Origin: Thermoplasmata archaeon
GTDB lineage: Archaea; Thermoplasmatota; Thermoplasmata; Lutacidiplasmatales; UBA184
Assembly: GCA_052326485.1 (NCBI GenBank)
Contig: JBKQMS010000031.1
Location: forward strand, 16,904-80,903
Direction of reading: 5' to 3'
Length of the DNA stretch: 64,000 nucleotides
The position numbers and the translations under genes were made by a program. The notes under the pieces were generated by a model. That model saw nothing but the letters and a program-made list of their open reading frames with translations. It was not told the DNA's origin and did no database searches. Shown here in pieces: positions 9,776 through 17,941 of the stretch (position 1 is its first letter; every line of letters begins with the position of its first letter).

Positions 9776-9957
9776 GGTCCCGCCCTTGCCCGATGGTGCA
9801 GATGTTCCGGGGTCCGATTCCAACCGGTTTCAACGCGGATGGCCGCCAGGTTCCGAAGGCCCGGGTCCACGTTCATCACCCGACGAGGGTCGCGACCGAC
9901 GCCCACACGGGTGCGAAGACCCTCCTGAGGTCCGGCGGCGCTTCGGCGTGGCGGTCA

Positions 9958-10066
9958 TGGGGCTGCCCGAATTTGAATCGGGGTCCCGAGCTCCCAAAGC
10001 TCGAAGGATGGACCAGTAGAGCGGACGGAGGTGTGTTCCTCGCGCCCGTAGCTACCCCACAGCCCC
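9958..10066 (-). tRNA. tRNA-Pro(UGG) with ~35-nt intron in the D-loop (exons ~10052-10066 and 9958-10016)
   Basis: Acceptor GGGGCTG/CAGCCCC+A; D-stem GGGT/TCCT; anticodon arm CGAGC-TT-TGG-GA-GCTCG; T arm CCCGA-TTCAAAT-TCGGG. Removing 10017-10051 restores D-loop AGCTGGTCCA and a 74-nt tRNA. CCA not encoded. Confidence 0.9.
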
Positions 10067-10076
10067 GCATCGAGAA

Positions 10077-10505
10077 CTAGACCGCGTCCACCCGTTTCAA
10101 CGTTCGGCCGATCCGGCACTCCGCGAGGTCGGCGTCGACCCGCTCGATCCGGTAGCGTTGGTGTTCCGGCAGCGATGGTCCCGCGCAGACCGACCAGTTC
10201 GGGCAGTCGAGCCGGCGGCACGAGTACCGCCCGACCTCGACCGAGCTTCCCACCACCGCGCTCCGGGCGTCCACAACCAGCGCCCGGGCGACGGGCTTCA
10301 CCTCCACCACGTGCGCGTCGGTCTCCTGAAGCGCGCACGGATGCGTCACCGGCCGCACGCGGGTCACCGCGTAGCGACGGCCCGGGTCGAGGGTCAGGCA
10401 CGCGTGGCGGAACGCGCAGGTCCGGCAGATGGGAGCCCCGCCCTGATAGACGAATTCGAACCCCTCGCGGGATTCCGCGATGGCGAGGAGCGTGATCTCC
10501 GCCAT
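10077..10505 (-). CDS. UPF0179 family Cys-rich archaeal protein
   Basis: ITLL...GFEFVY.G...CRTC.FR..C.TL..GRRY.V..VR...HPC, second C-x4-C-x5-C cluster; follows egsA directly. Confidence 0.85.
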   Translation of the reverse strand: MAEITLLAIAESREGFEFVYQGGAPICRTCAFRHACLTLDPGRRYAVTRVRPVTHPCALQETDAHVVEVKPVARALVVDARSAVVGSSVEVGRYSCRRLDCPNWSVCAGPSLPEHQRYRIERVDADLAECRIGRTLKRVDAV

Positions 10506-10506
10506 G

Positions 10507-11616
10507 CTAGCCGATCACCCCGGTGACGGTGGCCAGCCGTTCGGCGGCTTCCCGGGTCAGCCCGTTGTCTCCGAGGATCGTGTACCGATCCGGGCGGATC
10601 GTGTGGGCCATGACGAGGGCCTTCACGACCTCCTCGTTGCGGACCCCGAGCTCGCGGGCCGTGGTGGGAGCGCCGATCGTGAGCAGGGAGTTCTTGAGCC
10701 GCTTCCAATCGCCGCCGTGGAGGTACATCATCATGATCGCTCCGACCCCGCACTGCTCGCCGTGAAGGCTGGGGTGCTCGCTGACCCGGTCGAGGGCGTG
10801 GCTGAAGAGATGCTCGCTGCCGGAGCAGGGACGGGAGGAGCCGGCGACGCTCATCGCGATCCCGGCGACCAGGATCGGTCGGATGGCGATCCAGACCGAT
10901 TCCTCGAGGTTCGGCTTGATGGAGGAGGCGTGGTCCATGATCTCCTGGGCGGCGTACTCGCTGAGGGTCGCCGCGGTGCTCGAGTACTCCTCGTTGCGGA
11001 GTCGGACCGCGAGCCTCCAGTCGAGCGTCGCGGTGAGGTTCGAGATGACGTCGGCGCATCCCGACGCCAAGAGGCGGAACGGGGCCTGGACGATCAGCTG
11101 CGTGTCCGCGATGACGCCGATCGGGACGGCCCCTTCGGTGCTCGTGATGCTGGTCGCGCCGTGGAGCGAGGCCCGTGGCGAGGAGATCCCGTCGTGGGCG
11201 GCCGAGGTCGGCAGGCTCAGGAACGGAATGTGGAGGCGAGCGGCGACGACCTTCGTGATGTCGATCTTGCTTCCGCCTCCCGCCCCGATGAGGAACTCCG
11301 CCCCGGCCGCGCGGGCCTCTTCGGCCACCCGGTCGACCTCGGCCCCGGTGGCCTCGTGCGCGATGATCGTGGCGACACGGAACCCTCCCTCCTGAAGGAT
11401 GGTGGCGGCGCGCCGACCGGCGATATCGGCGGTCTTCGGACCGGTGACCACGGCACCCCGGTTCGGGAAGGCGAACTGCCGGCAGGTGGTCGCCAGTTCG
11501 TCTAGGACCCCGTGGCCGACCAGGACGATCCGAGGGAAGACCATCCCCTTGGCCTTGCCGAAGACCGATTCGTACCCCGACATCAGGGTTCGGGACGACG
11601 GTTCTTGTGACGCCAT
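10507..11616 (-). CDS. egsA: NAD(P)-dependent sn-glycerol-1-phosphate dehydrogenase
   Basis: GGGSKID, PTSAAHDGISS, SGCADVISN, SSRPCSGSEHLFSHALD, LHGEQCG, RPDRYTIL. Confidence 0.96.
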   Translation of the reverse strand: MASQEPSSRTLMSGYESVFGKAKGMVFPRIVLVGHGVLDELATTCRQFAFPNRGAVVTGPKTADIAGRRAATILQEGGFRVATIIAHEATGAEVDRVAEEARAAGAEFLIGAGGGSKIDITKVVAARLHIPFLSLPTSAAHDGISSPRASLHGATSITSTEGAVPIGVIADTQLIVQAPFRLLASGCADVISNLTATLDWRLAVRLRNEEYSSTAATLSEYAAQEIMDHASSIKPNLEESVWIAIRPILVAGIAMSVAGSSRPCSGSEHLFSHALDRVSEHPSLHGEQCGVGAIMMMYLHGGDWKRLKNSLLTIGAPTTARELGVRNEEVVKALVMAHTIRPDRYTILGDNGLTREAAERLATVTGVIG

Positions 11617-11683
11617 GGGCCGGAGATGCGGACGACGGACCGTGCCTCTTTAGCCTAACTGTCGGGGCGCCGGTCGGGGCGGT

Positions 11684-12313
11684 TCAGCGACCGGGGGTGT
11701 CGCCCCACAGAAGCTTGTGCTCCTGGAGCAGGACGCGGACGTCGATCCGGTCCCCAAGGACCCAGTCGGCGAGCCGCCCTGCGTCCGTGCCCCAGACCGG
11801 TTGGAAGACGAGGGTCGCGGGCCCAGGGTACCCCCGCACGACGCGGCGCGCGTACAGGTAGTCCTTTCGGTCGGCGATGACGAACTTGAGGACGTCGCGG
11901 GACCTGAGGAGGGGGAGGTTGGCCCAGCGGTTCCGTCCTTCCATCTTCGAGGACGGGCACTTCACGTCCACGCTGAGCACGAGGCGAGGCACTCGGAGGT
12001 ACGGCGAGACGTCGAGCGACCCTCCCGTCTCCACGACGGTCGTGATCCCCCGGCCGGCGAGCCGTTCACAAAGCTCCACGGACTCGCTCTGGAGGAGCGG
12101 CTCTCCCCCGGTGAGGCAGACATGGTGGGTCCGGTGGCGGGCAACCTCCGCGAGGAGCGAGCCGACCGAGCGGCTCCGTCCGGGCCCGAACGAGTACTCG
12201 GTATCGCACCAGGCGCATCTCAGGTTGCACCGTGCGGCCCGGATGAAGGTGGTGCGGACCCCGGTGAGCGGTCCCTCGCCCTGGAGCGAATGGAACACCT
12301 CGATGACCTGCAT
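11684..12313 (-). CDS. queE: 7-carboxy-7-deazaguanine synthase (radical SAM)
   Basis: EVFHSLQGEG, CNLRCAWCDT, LTGGEPLLQ, VETGG, DVKCPSS, QEHK. Confidence 0.92.
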   Translation of the reverse strand: MQVIEVFHSLQGEGPLTGVRTTFIRAARCNLRCAWCDTEYSFGPGRSRSVGSLLAEVARHRTHHVCLTGGEPLLQSESVELCERLAGRGITTVVETGGSLDVSPYLRVPRLVLSVDVKCPSSKMEGRNRWANLPLLRSRDVLKFVIADRKDYLYARRVVRGYPGPATLVFQPVWGTDAGRLADWVLGDRIDVRVLLQEHKLLWGDTPGR

Positions 12314-12417
12314 GTTCGTCGGGGGGAGGGTCGGGTGGCTAAATCGGCTCCGGTGCGCCACCGGGCGCCTGGCTCTCGGGAATCCCTCAAATACGGTGAC
12401 CGTGTCGAAGGACCGAC

Positions 12418-15303
12418 ATGGATGCGACCCGGGTCCGGCACTGGCAGGAGGCGTGGAACCGGGCCGGGATCGCTACCGGCCAGCGCGTGCCCTCGCGCGG
12501 CAAGTTCTACGCGGTCAACGCCTACCCTGGGCCGAGCGGGTTCCTCCATGTGGGGACCGTCCGCGGGTACCTCTACACCGACGCGCTCCACCGGTATCAC
12601 CGGATGCTCGGCGAGTCGGTCCTGTTCCCATTCGGGATCCATGCGTCCGGCCTTCCCGCGGTGACGTTCGCCCAGCGGGTCCAGGACCGGGACCCGACGA
12701 TCCTCCAGCAGCTCGAAGACGGCGCTGTCCCCCCGTCGGAGTGGGGTCGGCTCGAAGACCCCGAGTACGTCGTGCGGTTCCTCGGCGAATCCTACCGGTC
12801 CGTCCTGCGCTCGATTGGGGTCCTGTTCGATGAGACGACGTTCCTCACGACGATCGACGAGGATTACCGTGCGTTCATCCGCTGGCAGTTCCGTGCGCTC
12901 GAGCGCGCGAAGGTCCTCGTCCGAGGCACGTACACGACGTCCGTCTGCCCCGTGTGCGGACCGGTGGCGGTCGACCCCTCGGAGACCGACCTTTCGGCCG
13001 GGGGCGACGCCGAGCTCCTCCGATTCGCCACGGTGCCGTTCCGGCTTCCCGACGGCCGGGTTCTCCTGGCCGCCACGCTGCGGCCGGAAACGGTCTACGG
13101 GGTCACGAACCTGTGGCTAGCGCCGGACGAGACGTTGGTAGTGTGGCACGAAGGGGACCATGCCTTCCTCGTGGCCCGCCCCGGGGCCGAACGGCTCGTC
13201 GAGCAGCACGGCGGCCACCTCGGCCACGAGGTTCCCGCGTCCGAGCTCATCGGGCGCGAGGTGGAGGTACCGCTCCGGAAGACGAAGGTCCCGATCCTCG
13301 AGAGCGCTCTCGTGAACCCGGCGGTCGGCACGGGCGTGGTGATGAGCGTCCCGGCCCATGCCCCGGCGGACGAGGCGGCCCTTCGCGGTCTGCCCGAATC
13401 GGTCCGTTCGACGCTCGGAGCACCTCCGGTCCTGCTCGAGATCCCTTCGCGGTTCACGCTGACCGCCTCCGAGACCGAGCTTACGGCCGGGCGCGGCACT
13501 CCGGCCGAACGCGCCCTTCGCGCCACCGGTGCAAGCGGTCTCGCCGACACGGCGGCGCTGGAGGAGGCGACCGAACGGCTCTACCGGCTCGAGTTCGCGC
13601 GAGGGCAGATGACGGTCCCGGCGCTCGCCGGGGTCCCCGTCCGGGAGGCCCGCACGCAGGTCGTCCAGATGCTCTCCGAGGACGGACCGACCTTCGAACT
13701 CCAGGAGTTCTCGAAGCCCGTGATCTGTAGGAACGGGCACGCGGTCATCATCCGGAAGGTACCGGACCAGTGGTTCCTCGCCTACGGGGACCCCGAGTGG
13801 AAGGAGCGGACGCGGGAAGCGGTGTCGCATCTCGTGACCTGGCCATCGGACTACGCACGGGAGCTCCCCGGCATCATCGATTGGTTCGCCGACCGACCGT
13901 GCACCCGCAAGGGACGGTGGCTCGGCACTCCGTTCCCGCTCGACCCCGAGTGGATCATCGAGCCGATCGCGGACTCGACCTTCTACATGGCGTACTTCGT
14001 CGTTCGACGGTTCGTGGCCACCGGCCGGCTCTCGGTCCCGCAGCTGACCGGGGCGTTCTTCGACTACGTGTTCCTCGGCGAGGGTCCGGGAGAGCCCACG
14101 GTCGACCGGAAGCTCCTCGAGGAGGTCCGCTCCGAGTTCCTCTACTGGTATCCGCTCGACTTCAACCTCGGGGGAAAGGAGCACAAGCGGGTCCATTTCC
14201 CCGTCTTCCTCTACACGCACGCCCGGCTCCTCCCTCCCGGGCTCCAGCCTCGGGGGATCTACATCAACGGGTGGATCACCGGTCCGAGCGGCGGGAAGGT
14301 CTCTAAGAAGGAGGTCTCGGGCAAGGGCGGTCGGATCCCTCCGATCGGCATCGCCCTCGAAACGTGGGGACCGGACGCTCTGCGCCTTTTCTACGCCATC
14401 GCGGCATCCCCGTCCCAGGACCTGACGTGGGACCCGACCCTGGTCGACTCGGCGGCCGGCCGCCTCGCCGAGGTGGAGCGGCTCGTGCGTGAGGCGGCGG
14501 GGGACGCCGCCGGACCTCCCGAGCTCGATGCGTGGCTCTCCTCCGCGATGCACCGCGCCGTGAGCGCGGTCCGGGCGGCGTACGAGGCCACCGACCTTCG
14601 TTCCGCGGCCGAGGTCACGTACGTCGGCATCCCGTCCCTCCTCCGACGATACTACGCTCGCGGCGGGACCCCGGGCGAAGCCACCGCTCGGCTGGCCCGG
14701 GCCTGGGTCCGCATGCTCGCCCCGCTGACGCCGCATCTCGCGGAGGAGCTGGGAGAGGGGAAGTTCGCGGACCTCGTGGCGGTCGAACGGTTCCCCGGGG
14801 TGGACGAGTTCGCCCGTTCCGAGATCGCGGACGCGCACGAGGCGTTCCTCGACCGTGTCGAGGAGGACCTGCGGGCGGTCCTTCGGCCGGCCGAGGAGCG
14901 CGGCGGGCCTCCCGTCGAAGAGGCGGTCTTCTACGTCGCCGAGCCGTGGAAGGAGACCGTGGAGCGGTGGCTACGGGAGACGGTCGAGCGAGGCGAGCAA
15001 CCCAACGTCCGCGACGTCATGGCCCGTGCGGCCTCCGACCCGGCCGTCGACGCGCACCGGGCCGAGGTCGCGAAGTACGTCTCGCGCATCGGCCACCTCG
15101 TGCGCGCTGAACCTCCCGTGACCGGTCCGTGCGTGGACGAGGAGGCGGCCCTGCGAGGAGCCGAGGGATACTTCGTCCGCCGCCTCGGGTTCGGTTCGGT
15201 CACGGTGGTGCGGGAGAGCGAGGCCGCGGCCCTCGACCCGCTCGGACGGCGGGACCGGGCCCGTCCGGGCCGGCCGGCGTTCTATCTTCGGCGCAGGCCC
15301 TGA
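12418..15303 (+). CDS. leuS: Leucine--tRNA ligase (archaeal type)
   Basis: AYPGPSGFLHVGT (HIGH site), CP1 editing motifs ATLRPETVYG and GTGVVMSVPAHAPAD, WIIEPIADSTFY, FLYWYPLD, GKEH, KVSKK (KMSKS site), ARPGRPAFY C-terminus. Confidence 0.93.
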   Translation: MDATRVRHWQEAWNRAGIATGQRVPSRGKFYAVNAYPGPSGFLHVGTVRGYLYTDALHRYHRMLGESVLFPFGIHASGLPAVTFAQRVQDRDPTILQQLEDGAVPPSEWGRLEDPEYVVRFLGESYRSVLRSIGVLFDETTFLTTIDEDYRAFIRWQFRALERAKVLVRGTYTTSVCPVCGPVAVDPSETDLSAGGDAELLRFATVPFRLPDGRVLLAATLRPETVYGVTNLWLAPDETLVVWHEGDHAFLVARPGAERLVEQHGGHLGHEVPASELIGREVEVPLRKTKVPILESALVNPAVGTGVVMSVPAHAPADEAALRGLPESVRSTLGAPPVLLEIPSRFTLTASETELTAGRGTPAERALRATGASGLADTAALEEATERLYRLEFARGQMTVPALAGVPVREARTQVVQMLSEDGPTFELQEFSKPVICRNGHAVIIRKVPDQWFLAYGDPEWKERTREAVSHLVTWPSDYARELPGIIDWFADRPCTRKGRWLGTPFPLDPEWIIEPIADSTFYMAYFVVRRFVATGRLSVPQLTGAFFDYVFLGEGPGEPTVDRKLLEEVRSEFLYWYPLDFNLGGKEHKRVHFPVFLYTHARLLPPGLQPRGIYINGWITGPSGGKVSKKEVSGKGGRIPPIGIALETWGPDALRLFYAIAASPSQDLTWDPTLVDSAAGRLAEVERLVREAAGDAAGPPELDAWLSSAMHRAVSAVRAAYEATDLRSAAEVTYVGIPSLLRRYYARGGTPGEATARLARAWVRMLAPLTPHLAEELGEGKFADLVAVERFPGVDEFARSEIADAHEAFLDRVEEDLRAVLRPAEERGGPPVEEAVFYVAEPWKETVERWLRETVERGEQPNVRDVMARAASDPAVDAHRAEVAKYVSRIGHLVRAEPPVTGPCVDEEAALRGAEGYFVRRLGFGSVTVVRESEAAALDPLGRRDRARPGRPAFYLRRRP

Positions 15304-15366
15304 CCGCTCGGCGGAGCGCTCGCTCGCTCGCGCGCTCGTTCGTACCTACTTTCGTTGGTTCGTCGG

Positions 15367-15960
15367 TCACGACCGCCGGGGGGGCGGGTCGTTCGCGAGC
15401 CGTGCGAAGAGGAGCGTCGACCGCCAGCGGCCGTCCTTCCGCGCCTCGTCCCGCAACCGTCCCTCGTAGCGGAACCCGCATCTCCGCATCACGCCGCGGG
15501 AGGCGACGTTCGCCGGGAACACCAAGGCCTCGATCCGGTGAAGCCCGAGGCGGGTGAATCCGGTGCGAACGAGGAGGTTCACCGCCTCGGTCGCGTAGCC
15601 ATGGCCCCGGTGCTCTCGGCCGATCCAGTACCCCACCTCGGCGCACGGGTCGCCCTCCTTGAGGTCATGAAGCCCCACGCCGCCGAGGAGCTCCCCGTCG
15701 GAACGCCTCACGACCGTCAGCCCGAGCGATCGACCGGCCTGCCGACCCTCCCGAGCGATCCGGAGCCAGTGGCGAGCGTCGCGTTTCGTGTATGGGTACG
15801 GCACGTGGAGCGTCCATCGCGCCACGGAGGGTTCGTTCAAGAGGCGGAGAAATGCCGGGATGTCGCTGAGGGCAGGGAGCACCAGGTCCACCCGTCGGCC
15901 CCGTATCGGGAATCCAAGGCGGGCGATCCGGCTCCGGGGCGAGGGCCGGCGGGTCGCCAT
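15367..15960 (-). CDS. RimJ/RimL-type GNAT N-acetyltransferase
   Basis: AEVGYWIGREHRGHGYATEA, LHRIEA, NVASRGVMRRCGFRYEG. Confidence 0.9.
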   Translation of the reverse strand: MATRRPSPRSRIARLGFPIRGRRVDLVLPALSDIPAFLRLLNEPSVARWTLHVPYPYTKRDARHWLRIAREGRQAGRSLGLTVVRRSDGELLGGVGLHDLKEGDPCAEVGYWIGREHRGHGYATEAVNLLVRTGFTRLGLHRIEALVFPANVASRGVMRRCGFRYEGRLRDEARKDGRWRSTLLFARLANDPPPRRS

Positions 15961-15964
15961 CCGG

Positions 15965-16531
15965 TCAGCTCCGGCGCCGTCGTGCGGGCTTGGCCGAAGG
16001 GAAGTTGAGGAACATGCGAGAGGGGGTCGGATGCGGGGAGACCTTGCGATACTTGGCCGACTTCTTCTCGGAGTAGCTGTGGGCGACCCGGCCCGAGATC
16101 TCGAAGTAGATCAGCTGGCCGACCGGCATCCCCGCGTAGATTCGGACCGGCACCTTGACGCTCATCTCGAGGGTCCAGTAGTTGCAGAACCCCTCGTCCC
16201 CCTTGCCGGCCGTGGAGTGGATGTCGATGCCGAGACGGCCCACGCTCGACTTCCCTTCGAGGAACGGGACGTAGCCGTGGGTCTCGGTATACTCCTCGGT
16301 CACCCCGAGATAGAGCTGTCCGGGGATGAGGACGTACCCGTCCTTCGGGATCCGGAACTCCTTGACGCGGTTGTCCTGCCGGGCGTCGAGCGCGGCGTCC
16401 TCATAGACCGCGAGGAACGGTCCCAGGTGGACATCGTACGAATTCGTGCCGAGACACGCCGGGCGGAACGGCCGAATGACGATTCGCCGCTCGCGCAGCG
16501 CGTCCCGAATCTTGACGTCCGACAGGATCAT
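15965..16531 (-). CDS. dcd: dCTP deaminase
   Basis: MILSD, NSYDVHLG, EGKSSVGRLG, TAGKGD.GF, TLE, GQLIYF. Confidence 0.93.
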   Translation of the reverse strand: MILSDVKIRDALRERRIVIRPFRPACLGTNSYDVHLGPFLAVYEDAALDARQDNRVKEFRIPKDGYVLIPGQLYLGVTEEYTETHGYVPFLEGKSSVGRLGIDIHSTAGKGDEGFCNYWTLEMSVKVPVRIYAGMPVGQLIYFEISGRVAHSYSEKKSAKYRKVSPHPTPSRMFLNFPSAKPARRRRS

Positions 16532-16560
16532 CGGGGGCCGGGCGCGCGGAGCCTCCCGCC

Positions 16561-17421
16561 CTATTTAACGGGGGAGCGTTCGTCGGCGCTCTCGAAGACC
16601 ATCGCCGCGTAGCCGACGACGTCGCGCATCTTCTCGACCTCGCCCGAGTGGCCCCAGCGGAGGAGGCGAGGACGGACGTCCAACCCCTCGAGGGCGGCGA
16701 GGAGGACGGTCGTGGGAGCGACGCCGCACATCGAGATGTCGTTGCGAACCACCGTCTCGTAGAGCCCGCGCGCGTCTCGCGCGAGGATCTGGTCGATCGC
16801 CATCCGGTCGAAGCGTTCGGCCGTCGCCGGGGGAACGTAGTGGGAGAAATCGGTCGAGGCGACCAGGAGGACGTCCCGGTCCCGGATCGCCGAACGAACC
16901 ACTCCGGCCACTTCCTTCAGGAAATCGAACGTGTCGAACCCGACCTCGAGCGGGACGAACCGAGGGTGCGGAAGGACGTACTCGAGGAACGGCAGCTGGA
17001 CCTCGATGGAATGCTCCCGTCGATGGGCGGCCTCGAACACGTCGATGGGGGGATGTCGGAGCGCAGCGACCAGGTCGCGGTCGACCGGGGTCAGACCGAG
17101 GGGCGTCAACCAGGGACGTTCGGAGAGCGCGGCCCCTTGGCTGGCCCCGTAGTGGTCTACCCCCAGGACGAGGACGCTCTCGGGCGGGCGGTCCGCAGCG
17201 ACCAATCGGTAGGCGTGCGCAGCGATCGGGCCGGAGTAGATGTAACCGGCATGCGGCACGACGATCGCCCGGACCTTTCGGAGACTCGACCGCTGTCGCG
17301 TCGGGAGCGTTCCCGGACCACGGGCGTCGGTGAAGCAGCTCTCGACCTGACGGGCGAGCGCTGCCCCTTCGCTTTCGTAGAACTGGCCTGCGACCGCTGG
17401 TGGCCGGGGAGGTGTCGGCAT
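16561..17421 (-). CDS. MEMO1 family protein (AmmeMemoRadiSam protein B)
   Basis: RPPAVAGQFY, PHAGYIYSG, EHSIEVQLPFL, ASTDFSHY, SMCG, VVGYA. Confidence 0.93.
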   Translation of the reverse strand: MPTPPRPPAVAGQFYESEGAALARQVESCFTDARGPGTLPTRQRSSLRKVRAIVVPHAGYIYSGPIAAHAYRLVAADRPPESVLVLGVDHYGASQGAALSERPWLTPLGLTPVDRDLVAALRHPPIDVFEAAHRREHSIEVQLPFLEYVLPHPRFVPLEVGFDTFDFLKEVAGVVRSAIRDRDVLLVASTDFSHYVPPATAERFDRMAIDQILARDARGLYETVVRNDISMCGVAPTTVLLAALEGLDVRPRLLRWGHSGEVEKMRDVVGYAAMVFESADERSPVK

Positions 17422-17427
17422 AACTCG

Positions 17428-17853
17428 TCAGGTCGATGAAAGCTCCGCGACGAGCGCCTTTGCGTCGCTCTCGTCGAGCGTTGGTCGCGCGGAGGAACGC
17501 CACGGGTTCGTTTCCCCGTAGCGCGGGATGATGTGGAAGTGGACGTGGAAGACGACCTGGCCGGCGTTCGCTCCGGCGTTCAGGGAGAGGTTGTAGTCCG
17601 GGGCGAGGCGTTCGGCCCGGCGGCAGAGCTCGTCCAGCGTGTGGACGAGGGCCATCTGGTCCCCCCACGGGAGATCCGTCAGCCGCACCCCGTGCCGCTT
17701 CGGGACCACCAAGAGGTGGCCGCGGGTCACCGGGTACCGTGCGAGGAATGCGACCGTCGACTCGTCCTCATAGAGGATGTGCGCCGGGGCCCGCCGAGCG
17801 GCGATGTCGCAGAAGAGGCATCGCGTCTTCCCATCCGCCGCGGCGGGCGGCAT
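17428..17853 (-). CDS. HIT family nucleotide hydrolase
   Basis: CLFCDI, GHLLVVPKRH, AGQVVFHVHFHIIPRY. Confidence 0.92.
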   Translation of the reverse strand: MPPAAADGKTRCLFCDIAARRAPAHILYEDESTVAFLARYPVTRGHLLVVPKRHGVRLTDLPWGDQMALVHTLDELCRRAERLAPDYNLSLNAGANAGQVVFHVHFHIIPRYGETNPWRSSARPTLDESDAKALVAELSST

Positions 17854-17941
17854 CGAACGCGGAGAATCCAGGACCGCCTAAAGGGTTGCCGGGCCGGCCG
17901 CCGAGTCGACCTCATTAGGGATACGTGGCTGGGTCGATTCG

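Noticed and set aside
11684..12313. queE as a marker of a 7-deazaguanine DNA-modification (dpd) system
   Set aside because: No dpdA/tgt paralogue or dnd-like genes nearby; archaeosine precursor synthesis explains it.
15304..15366. GCTC-like short tandem repeats between leuS and the GNAT gene
   Set aside because: Short, imperfect low-complexity tract in a convergent gap.
17728..17750. HIT protein has FLARYP instead of FLDxxP
   Set aside because: A single substitution with the histidine triad intact; too weak to infer a new function.
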